Source of the DNA: Eubacteriales bacterium
GTDB taxonomy: Bacteria > Bacillota > Clostridia > Oscillospirales > CAG-272
Assembly: GCA_045659905.1 (NCBI GenBank)
Contig: JAZRCT010000039.1
Span: 8,331 to 72,330 of the forward strand
DNA length: 64,000 nt
Direction: 5' to 3'
The translations under genes and the position numbers were made by a program. Below are positions 1 to 7,775 of this stretch, one piece after another (position 1 is the first letter of the stretch; the number at the start of each line of letters is the position of its first letter). The notes beneath the pieces were generated by a model. It ran no database searches. It had not been told where the DNA came from and saw only the letters and a list, made by a program, of their open reading frames with translations.

Positions 1-1
1 C

Positions 2-1708
2 GGCAAGTGGGTCAAGCGAGGCGGTAGGCTCGTCCATTATGAGGATATCCGATTCCTTAAAGAAGGCTCGGGCAACCGAGAGCTTTTGCCACTCGCCACC
101 CGAAAGCTCAATTCCATCCTCCTCGAAAAGACGGGTAAGAGGCGTATCGAATCCAAATGGAAGCTTCTTAATATAGTCAATAGCGCCCGCTCTTTCGGCG
201 GCAAGAGAAATATTCTCTCTCGAATACTCACAGTCCACGTCGCCGAAGCGGATATTTTCGTCAGCCGTATCGGCGTACTTTCCAAAATCCTGAAAAATGA
301 TGCCGTACATATCGTAAAGCTTCTTGGTGTCGTACTCACGAATATCAATTCCATCAAGCAAAATTACTCCCTCGGTCGGGTCGTAAAGCCTTGTAATCAG
401 CTTGACCAGCGTAGATTTTCCTGCGCCGTTAAGTCCGACGAGGATCACGCTTTGTCCCGTCTTCAGTGTCAGGCTAAGATTGTTGATTACGTTTTTCTGA
501 CTGCCGGGATATCTGAAGCTAACGTTGCGAAGCTCTATCGTATGCGCTTTTCCTCGACCGGGCTCTTTCGGCTCGTCAAGAAGCGGCACGACGGTAGTAG
601 GCTCTTTCATAAAATCTATCATATTTTCTATGAAAAGCGTTCCTTCATAAATTGTAGCGGTTGCAGTAACCAGCGTGCTGACGTAGGAAGAAATTGAGGT
701 AAGCGCACCGGTATAAAGCGAGTAATCACCGATTTCGCCCTTGCCTGTAACCACGTTATACGCTACGTATACAAAAAGCCCCGTGCTCGCTAAAACCGTA
801 AGCAGGCTTACAAGCACCTGCGACATACCCTCACGTATGATTATACGCTTAAGTCCTTTATAATATTTGCCGAATGCGCCCTTATACTTTTCGGTAAAGG
901 TATCGCCAAGAGATAAAAGCTTTACCTCCTTCGCATAATCCTTGTTGGTCATTATTGACGAATAATAATTCATCTTGCGGCGCTCTTTTGAGTGTCTGCG
1001 TATGTAATTAAAGCTACGATTTTTATAATAATAGTTTACAAAAGCGCCCGGGATTGAAACGACTATAATTATCAATGGGGCATAGGGACTTAGGGTTGCA
1101 AGAACTACGATAAACGAAACTACCGATATTACCGCACTTATTACTTTAAAGGTTGCACTTAGAATGCCTATCGGACGCATTCCCGCTTCTCTATTGGCAT
1201 TTTCAAGCTTCTCATAGAACGACGGACTGTCAAAGGAGCGCTGGTCTACCGTCTTTGCCTTGGTGATTATCATAAGCTTTATATGATTCACGACAAGCTC
1301 GCCTGCAATCGCAGTCACCATCGAGTTAATTTTTGCAAGCACTCGTTTCAAAAAGTGATGTATCATCTGAAGTAAGAACAAGAACAGCACGGGAGAAAGC
1401 AGCTTAAAAACGCTCTCGCCGTACGCAGCGCCGCCATCCTGAATTAGCTTTGCTATGCCGTTAAGAAGCTCACTCGAAATATAAGCGCCGATAACGGGCA
1501 ACAAACCGTCAAGCAGGCAAAAAAGCGATAAGGCTATCAGCACAAGAGGCGATGCCTGCCAGACTAATCCGATTATATAAAAAAGTCTTGTGAAAAATCC
1601 TCTTACTTTTTTGTATAAATACAAAGGAAGCTCTTTAAGCCGCTTTGGCTTTGGCACTCCATCGCCGCCGGGCTTTTTCATAGGCGGCATACCCATAGGA
1701 ATCTGCAT
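2..1708 (-). CDS. ABC exporter, fused permease/ATPase (3'-partial, runs off the window start; missing from the ORF track)
   Basis: Manual translation from ATG at 1708 (GGAGAG RBS): MQIPMGMPP..., TM domain, Walker A VGLNGAGKST, signature ELSGGEWQ, Walker B ILIMDEPT. Confidence 0.92.
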   Translation of the reverse strand, partial: MQIPMGMPPMKKPGGDGVPKPKRLKELPLYLYKKVRGFFTRLFYIIGLVWQASPLVLIALSLFCLLDGLLPVIGAYISSELLNGIAKLIQDGGAAYGESVFKLLSPVLFLFLLQMIHHFLKRVLAKINSMVTAIAGELVVNHIKLMIITKAKTVDQRSFDSPSFYEKLENANREAGMRPIGILSATFKVISAVISVVSFIVVLATLSPYAPLIIIVVSIPGAFVNYYYKNRSFNYIRRHSKERRKMNYYSSIMTNKDYAKEVKLLSLGDTFTEKYKGAFGKYYKGLKRIIIREGMSQVLVSLLTVLASTGLFVYVAYNVVTGKGEIGDYSLYTGALTSISSYVSTLVTATATIYEGTLFIENMIDFMKEPTTVVPLLDEPKEPGRGKAHTIELRNVSFRYPGSQKNVINNLSLTLKTGQSVILVGLNGAGKSTLVKLITRLYDPTEGVILLDGIDIREYDTKKLYDMYGIIFQDFGKYADTADENIRFGDVDCEYSRENISLAAERAGAIDYIKKLPFGFDTPLTRLFEEDGIELSGGEWQKLSVARAFFKESDILIMDEPTASLDPLA

Positions 1709-1863
1709 AAAACTCTCCATTCTGTCATAAATACGACCGCAGTTTAAAAGATATTTTTAGAAAAAGGCTTGTACATCAACCTAAATTTACGAAAGTAAAG
1801 AGCGCTTTACGATAAAAATGCGCTTAAGCTTAAATTGAAGCAGATATCAAGGACGAAAAGTAA

Positions 1864-2469
1864 CTACTTTAACTTTTTAAAGCCCGACCAAAGTAAAATT
1901 ATAAGCTCTGCGGGTATTCCAAGAATAAATATGAGCCAAAGATTATGCCCTAAAGCATAATAAAGCGTCATATAAACCGTCAAAAGCAACGTCCATACCA
2001 TAACCGATATAATAAGATAATTAAGTCGGCGCAAGCCCCATATTGAATTAAATATGAGTAAAACCGTAAAGGCTGCGGGAATTGCGTAAATAAACACAAG
2101 CCAAGACGGTATTTGCGAATCGGGAAGAGATATATTAAGCTCAACGAACAAAAAGGTAGCAACAAACCACACTAAGAAAAATGCAAGTCCTGTAATAATA
2201 AAATTATTGCGCTTCGTTGCACGTGATTTATTTCTGCGCTTTTCGTCATAATCCTGATGCTCGGCAGTGAGAAGATAATCAACCGTGACGCCAAAATAAT
2301 CTGCTATCTTTTTTAGCACGGTAACATCGGGAAGCGATTCTCCCCTTTCCCATTTTGAAACCGCCTTGTCAGAATAATTAAGTACCTGGGCGAGCTTCGA
2401 CTGAGTAATACCGTCTTCGCATCTAAGCTCGGATATGTTGTTTGCGATAATTTCACGAAGCTCCTTCAT
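1864..2469 (-). CDS. XRE-family HTH regulator with C-terminal multi-TM domain
   Basis: N-terminal Cro/C1 HTH (TQSKLAQVLNYSDKAVSKWERGESLPD) followed by about 4 hydrophobic helices. Confidence 0.9.
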   Translation of the reverse strand: MKELREIIANNISELRCEDGITQSKLAQVLNYSDKAVSKWERGESLPDVTVLKKIADYFGVTVDYLLTAEHQDYDEKRRNKSRATKRNNFIITGLAFFLVWFVATFLFVELNISLPDSQIPSWLVFIYAIPAAFTVLLIFNSIWGLRRLNYLIISVMVWTLLLTVYMTLYYALGHNLWLIFILGIPAELIILLWSGFKKLK

Positions 2470-2501
2470 AAAAATCCCCCTTCTTTTTGTTCGTTTTCTT
2501 C

Positions 2502-2530
2502 ATTATAACACACATATATATCTTTTTCAA
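2502..2530 (-). promoter_or_regulatory. sigma-A promoter of the XRE gene
   Basis: Minus strand TTGAAA-N17-TATAAT with extended TG. Confidence 0.7.
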
Positions 2531-2541
2531 TAGGAAATTCA

Positions 2542-2636
2542 ATAAATTCTACTGCCGGTAGAGGGGTTTTCGATAAATTCTACTCACTCTCTACCCGTAG
2601 AATTCGCCGTAGAGAGAGGTAGCCTGAAAGTAGAAT
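2542..2636. promoter_or_regulatory. Cluster of TCTAC/GTAGA half-sites, candidate operator array
   Basis: ATAAATTCTACT at 2542 and 2573; TCTAC at 2548, 2579, 2590; GTAGA at 2558, 2597, 2609, 2630; GTAGC at 2619. Confidence 0.5.
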
Positions 2637-2654
2637 GCATATTTAAAGTGTAGG

Positions 2655-2683
2655 GTGACATTCTTAATTTTGTGGTTTATAAT
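2655..2683 (+). promoter_or_regulatory. sigma-A promoter, divergent from the XRE gene
   Basis: GTGACA-N17-TATAAT. Confidence 0.65.
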
Positions 2684-2687
2684 GTAT

Positions 2688-2790
2688 ATGAAAGCAAGAC
2701 CGGCTTACACAGTACCAAAGCCAAGGCTTGTATAACAGCGTTGAATCAGCCGTATTCCACCACACCTTCGGCGAGTCAACGCTTTTTTAT
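2688..2790 (+). ncRNA. Candidate small RNA or leader (contains 15-codon ORF MKARPAYTVPKPRLV) ending in an intrinsic terminator
   Basis: Lies between a consensus promoter and a GCGTTGA/TCAACGC stem followed by a T-tract; no family recognised. Confidence 0.4.
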
Positions 2791-3088
2791 TTTTATGCTA
2801 AAAATCCGACTTGAATCGGTCAACCGATACAAATTCAAGCAACTTGAAAAAGGAAATACGGAATCAGAGCTAAGAGGCGTCGTTATACTCGCTTTGTATA
2901 TTGTGCCTAGGCAAGAGCAGCAACGAAAAATACTTTAAATGCATTTTCAAAGCAGATAATCACAATGCAAAGCGCCCTTAAAACAAACGGACAGTAAGGG
3001 TATCCTTAGATGGAAAAGCGACAAAAAAACGGCAGAAAGCGTAAGTGATAGCGATGCTCAAGCGGCAACAGTGCTATAAGGATTTTTC

Positions 3089-3117
3089 TTGACAAAGCTT
3101 CTCCCAAGAGGTAAAAT
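3089..3117 (+). promoter_or_regulatory. sigma-A promoter of the YbaK/EbsC gene
   Basis: TTGACA-N17-TAAAAT. Confidence 0.65.
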
Positions 3118-3143
3118 AAAAGAAAAACAGGCGGTATGATTAT

Positions 3144-3617
3144 ATGGCTATTGAAAAGGTAATTGAATATTTTAAAGCTCTTGATAAGGAAGATCTTATA
3201 ATGCAATTTGATATTTCCTCCGCTACGGTTGAGCTTGCTGCTGAAGCGATTGGCTGTGATGGGGCGCATATTGCTAAGACTATGTCTTTTATGGTTGATG
3301 GCGCACCGGTTTTAATCGTAACAGCCGGTGATATGAAGATTGATAACTCAAAATTCAAAGCGACTTTCCACACCAAGGCAAAGATGCTCACGCCCGACGA
3401 GGCGCACAATCTTATCGGTCACGACGTGGGCGGTATTTGTCCGTTTGCGGTAAACGACGGCTGCAAGGTATATCTCGACGAATCTCTCAAAAGATTCAAT
3501 ACCGTTTATCCTGCGGCAGGTAACGCCAGCAGCGCAGTAAGACTTACTATCCCCGAGCTTGAGGCTTTCTCAAGGTATATCTCTTACGTAGACGTATGTA
3601 AGCCAAGAGAAGCTTGA
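3144..3617 (+). CDS. YbaK/EbsC aminoacyl-tRNA editing family protein
   Basis: IAKTMSF, GHDVGGICPFA and YPAAG motifs; 157 aa. Confidence 0.88.
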   Translation: MAIEKVIEYFKALDKEDLIMQFDISSATVELAAEAIGCDGAHIAKTMSFMVDGAPVLIVTAGDMKIDNSKFKATFHTKAKMLTPDEAHNLIGHDVGGICPFAVNDGCKVYLDESLKRFNTVYPAAGNASSAVRLTIPELEAFSRYISYVDVCKPREA

Positions 3618-3852
3618 CCTTTCACATTTTTTTAAGAATAGAATTTAATGCTTATGTAATTTCATTCGCTTATGTTTATGTTTATTATTCACATATTTTA
3701 GCAAAAAATTTGTTGCTTTTTATCCTAGAAAATCTACATATAATATGTTAAAATATTATACGGAAAGCGTTGAAATGACAAAAAATGCTCACTTTTGACA
3801 CACGTGTACTCTTTATTGCCGCAAAAAATCTTGTACCCGAGAGGTAACAAAT

Positions 3853-4524
3853 ATGAACATTCCAAAGACAACAGAGCTTTTTGACCTCGAGCATACTCTG
3901 GCAAAGCCTTTGCTTATGAAATTTGAATCAGATGTGCCGTATCTTGCGCTTCCCTTGATTAAGGACTTTATTAAGGAGCTTCAAAAAACTCTCCCGCTTG
4001 ACGAATATGATGAAATTGACGACGGCGTGTTCGTGGCTAAAGGAGTGAAAATTCCAAAAACCGCAACGATAGAAGCACCCGTTATAATCGGAAAAAACAC
4101 AGAGATACGCCCCGGCGCTTACATAAGGAGCGCATCTCTGATAGGAGAGGGCGTTGTTGTCGGAAACAGTACGGAAATCAAAAACGCTATTATATTTGAC
4201 GGAGTGCAGATTCCTCACTACAACTACGTTGGAGATTCGATACTCGGATACAAATCGCATATGGGCGCAGGCGCTATCGCCTCGAATTTCAAGCTTGACG
4301 GTTCGAATATAAACGTAAGGACCGACGAGGGGCCTGTCGCTACGGGGCTTCGCAAGTTTGGCGTTATGCTTGGCGACCACGCAGAAGTAGGCTGCAACAG
4401 CGTGCTCTTTCCCGGTACGGTAGTAGGCAGAGGCTCTGCAATATATCCGCTCTCACGGGTGAGGGGCGTAATCCCGGAAAATCATATACTTAATATGGAC
4501 GGAAAGCTTATCAAAAAAAAATAA
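3853..4524 (+). CDS. Stand-alone GlmU-like hexapeptide acetyltransferase (no uridylyltransferase domain)
   Basis: Hexapeptide repeats, PHYNYVGDSILG...GAGAIASN; directly upstream of glmM. Confidence 0.78.
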   Translation: MNIPKTTELFDLEHTLAKPLLMKFESDVPYLALPLIKDFIKELQKTLPLDEYDEIDDGVFVAKGVKIPKTATIEAPVIIGKNTEIRPGAYIRSASLIGEGVVVGNSTEIKNAIIFDGVQIPHYNYVGDSILGYKSHMGAGAIASNFKLDGSNINVRTDEGPVATGLRKFGVMLGDHAEVGCNSVLFPGTVVGRGSAIYPLSRVRGVIPENHILNMDGKLIKKK

Positions 4525-4546
4525 TCAATAATAAACGGAGATTTTT

Positions 4547-5902
4547 ATGAGAAGATTATTTGGAACTGACGGTGTAAGAGGTATCGCAAACGAATATTTA
4601 AGCTGCGAAAGAGCCGTACAGATTGGCAGAGCGCTTGGTACGGTACTATCCTCCAACAATAAATACAGACCTACGGTCATTATCGGTATGGATACGAGAA
4701 TTTCCTCAGAGATGCTTTGCTCCGCTATTGCGGCGGGACTTTGCTCGGTTGGTAGCGACTGCATCACTCTTGGTGTAGTTCCTACTCCTGCGGTCGCCTA
4801 TCTCGTACAGAAATACGGCGCTAAGGCGGGCGTAATGATTTCGGCATCTCATAACCCCTACCCCTACAACGGCATTAAGATTTTCGGCTCGGAGGGCTAT
4901 AAGCTTTCTGACGAGCTTGAAGAGCAGATAGAATCCATAGTTCTTGATAATACGCCCCCACCAAAGACGGCATCTGCCGAAAGGATAGGCACGAGGCGTG
5001 ACGAGCCTAATGCGATTTCCGACTACATCGAGTATCTTAAATCAACAGTCAGCACAGATTTTGGCGGACTGCGAATAGCAATTGACTGCGCTAACGGCTC
5101 ATCAAGCGTTACCGCAAGAGCATTATTTGCCTCTCTTGGCGCTGAATGTCATATGCTTTCGGCATCTCCTGACGGAATAAACATCAATGAAAAGTGCGGC
5201 TCTACGCATCTTGAAGCGCTTCGTGAATACGTAATCAAGAACGAATGCGACCTTGGCATTGCCTTCGACGGCGATGCTGACAGATGCCTCGCTATTGACG
5301 AATGCGGAAATGAGGTAGACGGCGATTTTATTATGGCAATACTTGCACTTGATTTGAAAAGTCAAGGCAAGCTCAAGCGCAATACCGTCGTTGGAACTAT
5401 AATGACCAACTATGGCTTCCCTAAATTCTGCGAGGCTAACGGTCTTAGCTTCGTAGCAACCAACGTTGGCGACCGATATGTGCTTGAAACGATAAACCGT
5501 GAGGGCTATTGCTTCGGCGGCGAGCAGTCGGGACATATAATTTTAAGAGAATTTGCCACTACGGGTGACGGTCAGCTTACGGCGCTTGCGCTTTTGTCCT
5601 GCTTAAAGAAGTCGGGAAGGAAGCTCTCGGAGCTTTGTCAGGTTATGAAGCGTTATCCACAGCATATCGTAAATATTGAAACGACTCCGGGCGGAAAAAT
5701 CGCAATGTTCACCGACGAGGACGTCAAGGCGATCGTAAAGGAAGCCGAAGCACGCCTAGAGGGTAAAGGCAGAATAGTAGTCCGTCCCTCCGGCACTGAG
5801 CCTGTCATAAGAATTATGATTGAAAGCGAGGACGAAAAGGAAACCGTCACGCTTTGCGAGGATACGGCTCGGAGGATAGCCGAAAAGCTGAAGAATTATT
5901 GA
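4547..5902 (+). CDS. glmM: Phosphoglucosamine mutase
   Basis: LFGTDGVRG, active-site MISASHNP, AFDGDADR, GGEQSGH, VRPSGTEP. Confidence 0.95.
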   Translation: MRRLFGTDGVRGIANEYLSCERAVQIGRALGTVLSSNNKYRPTVIIGMDTRISSEMLCSAIAAGLCSVGSDCITLGVVPTPAVAYLVQKYGAKAGVMISASHNPYPYNGIKIFGSEGYKLSDELEEQIESIVLDNTPPPKTASAERIGTRRDEPNAISDYIEYLKSTVSTDFGGLRIAIDCANGSSSVTARALFASLGAECHMLSASPDGININEKCGSTHLEALREYVIKNECDLGIAFDGDADRCLAIDECGNEVDGDFIMAILALDLKSQGKLKRNTVVGTIMTNYGFPKFCEANGLSFVATNVGDRYVLETINREGYCFGGEQSGHIILREFATTGDGQLTALALLSCLKKSGRKLSELCQVMKRYPQHIVNIETTPGGKIAMFTDEDVKAIVKEAEARLEGKGRIVVRPSGTEPVIRIMIESEDEKETVTLCEDTARRIAEKLKNY

Positions 5903-6039
5903 TAGGATTTTTATAGGGGCTTTCGCATTTAGCATAACCGAATAAAAACGAGGGTTATTGTGAAAGAAACACAGTACCCCTCCCGATAATAAGCGTATTT
6001 TTCGGATACGATATATGAATCTTTTTATAAATTAATAGC

Positions 6040-6085
6040 AAAAAGCCATCAGCGGGACTAAAATTCTCGGTGATGGCTTTGTTTT
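6040..6085. terminator. Bidirectional terminator-like hairpin between convergent glmM and phosphoesterase genes
   Basis: AAAGCCATCA/TGATGGCTTT stem with A- and T-rich flanks. Confidence 0.55.
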
Positions 6086-6102
6086 ATCAATTAACAAGCG
6101 GC

Positions 6103-6672
6103 TTAAAGGAGCTTGCCGTGAGAAAAAAGAGGCTCTTTATTCTCGGCAAGAGTAAGGATTCCGTAGGTGGGCACTCCGTCACGGTAGGAAATGCTGCCCG
6201 GATTAAAGAGATAATAGGGCTTAGCCTCACACTCAGCGTCTATTAAGTCCCGCTCGGTAAGGCTTGTCTTAGCGAGCTTATATTCCTCGCTTTCTGTGGA
6301 TACGAAAATTTCTGTCGGTATATGAGTATGCCCGAAAAGGACTATATCGGCATTTCGCATTATCGCCATCGAGGAGAGGTCCTGCGTCGTGCTTTTGGCA
6401 TTATAGAGGTCGCCGTGGGTAAAGACTATTCTTCTGCCAAGCAGGACTACCTCGTCGGTTTTCTTTACCGACGAATCATACGAGGAATATCCCCAATCGC
6501 AATTTCCCTTTACTTTAAGGTAAGCGCCAAAAAAAGAGCGATTGACGGCATCGTCGGCATCAACAAGACCGTCACCCAGAAAAAAGAGGACCTCTGCATC
6601 CTTGTGCTTCAGTATAGCACGTCTTATATATGAGGTATCTCCGTGAGAATCGGAAAAAACAAGACATTTCAT
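6103..6672 (-). CDS. YfcE/MJ0936-family metallophosphoesterase
   Basis: SDSHG, FLGDG, GNCD, FTHG, FGHTH and NPGS motifs. Confidence 0.92.
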   Translation of the reverse strand: MKCLVFSDSHGDTSYIRRAILKHKDAEVLFFLGDGLVDADDAVNRSFFGAYLKVKGNCDWGYSSYDSSVKKTDEVVLLGRRIVFTHGDLYNAKSTTQDLSSMAIMRNADIVLFGHTHIPTEIFVSTESEEYKLAKTSLTERDLIDAECEAKPYYLFNPGSISYRDGVPTYGILTLAENKEPLFSHGKLL

Positions 6673-6755
6673 AATTTATTCTCCGTTTTGGTAGCAAAAA
6701 AATATTTTTTGAATATAATCCTAATAGTAAATTAAAAAGAGAGGGTAAATGATAA

Positions 6756-6980
6756 ATGAAAATTGACAAAGATAAGCTTCGCGCTATGTCTATGCTATCC
6801 GACGAGGAGCTTTGGAAAATAATACGTCAAATAGGCGATGCACACGGTATAAAGACGCCCGAAGCCGCTCCTTCAGGCGGTGATATGCAAAGAATTAAAT
6901 CGGCGCTCAGGGATGCAGATAAAATCAATCTTGTAGGTGCGCTGAAAATTATAGATAATCACAGAAAGGGGCAATGCTGA
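6756..6980 (+). CDS. Small hypothetical protein
   Basis: RBS (GAGAGGG); first of three tightly coupled genes. Confidence 0.7.
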   Translation: MKIDKDKLRAMSMLSDEELWKIIRQIGDAHGIKTPEAAPSGGDMQRIKSALRDADKINLVGALKIIDNHRKGQC

Positions 6981-6981
6981 T

Positions 6982-7302
6982 ATGGATAGCACTCCCGATA
7001 TTTCTAAGGTAGTAAATCTTATAATGGAAAACCCCGAGCTTATTGCCAGCATAAAATCTATCCTTGGAAAAGAAAAAGCGGAAGCGGCAGAGTCAAACGA
7101 TGAAAGCGAAGCGGCAGAAAAAGAAGCAAAGGAAGCAGAAGTCATAGCAACCGTAGCAGAGCCGGAGCCAAAAACCGACACAAGAGGTCGAAGAAACGCA
7201 CTCTTACGAGCGCTGAAGCCCTACGTGTCTGGCGAAAGAGCCAAAGCGATAGATACGATGATGAGCTTAGCTGACGTGATGGATATAATCAAGGGAGGAT
7301 AA
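6982..7302 (+). CDS. Hypothetical protein
   Basis: Starts 1 nt after the upstream stop; RNALLRALKPYVS...AID motif of a kind I associate with clostridial small proteins. Confidence 0.72.
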   Translation: MDSTPDISKVVNLIMENPELIASIKSILGKEKAEAAESNDESEAAEKEAKEAEVIATVAEPEPKTDTRGRRNALLRALKPYVSGERAKAIDTMMSLADVMDIIKGG

Positions 7303-7304
7303 AA

Positions 7305-7697
7305 ATGTATACCAGAAGCTATTATGACAGCGACGGTGCGATACATAATCTTCCGAGTCAAGGCTACGACGGCACTGCGCTTCAGGACACCCCGCCGACA
7401 GAGCAAATACAAACCGCATCTATAATCAAGGAAGAATCAAAGCGGGAAACGAAGATATCTCCAAAGAACGATTTACCCGCCGAAGAAATTGAGGAAAGCT
7501 CTGCAAAACCGTCGGGATTTCGGCTGGGAGATTATTTCAAGGGATTGATTAAGAGAGATATTTTCCCTTTTAGCTTACCTCGAAAATTCGATTTTGAGGA
7601 TTTGCTGATTTTAGGAATTGCAGCATATTTGCTGTTCTCAAAATCAGGTGACAAGGAATGTGCTATTCTGCTTGGTTTGCTCATTTTCATTAAATAA
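7305..7697 (+). CDS. Hypothetical protein with C-terminal hydrophobic hairpin
   Basis: GGAGG RBS; C-terminal EDLLILGIAAYLL...AILLGLLIF. Confidence 0.72.
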   Translation: MYTRSYYDSDGAIHNLPSQGYDGTALQDTPPTEQIQTASIIKEESKRETKISPKNDLPAEEIEESSAKPSGFRLGDYFKGLIKRDIFPFSLPRKFDFEDLLILGIAAYLLFSKSGDKECAILLGLLIFIK

Positions 7698-7727
7698 TGA
7701 ATACTTTTATTTACAAAATATTGATAT

Positions 7728-7775
7728 TTTGGCGTGAATAGAGATTGAAAATTCTATTCACGCCAAAGCTTTTTT
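7728..7775. terminator. Bidirectional intrinsic terminator
   Basis: 15-bp perfect stem TTTGGCGTGAATAGA/TCTATTCACGCCAAA between convergent genes. Confidence 0.8.

Noticed and set aside
86-697. 203-aa plus-strand ORF (and similar long antisense ORFs at 8551-9177, 40194-40817, 57698-58489, 52519-53241)
   Set aside because: Shadow ORFs on the opposite strand of well-supported genes
1636-1660. ABC N-terminus VPKPKRL (AGTGCCAAAGCCAAAG) resembles the small ORF VPKPRL (AGTACCAAAGCCAAGG at 2711)
   Set aside because: Same-sense similarity, so no antisense pairing; 14 of 16 matching bases is plausible by chance
2542-2565. AAATTCTACTGCCGGTAGAG resembles the Cas12a direct repeat (AATTTCTACT-loop-GTAGAT)
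   Set aside because: Only one full and one partial copy, no spacers of regular length and no cas gene in the window; an operator array explains it better
2672-2938. 88-aa ORF from the track
   Set aside because: Begins inside the promoter, crosses a terminator, has no RBS and no recognisable motif
3720-3752. TCCTAGAA...TATGTTAAA resembles a dif site
   Set aside because: The two arm-like pieces are not separated by the required 6-bp core
5903-6100. Possible glmS ribozyme after glmM
   Set aside because: No conserved ribozyme core (AGCGCC...GACGAGG) and no glmS gene follows
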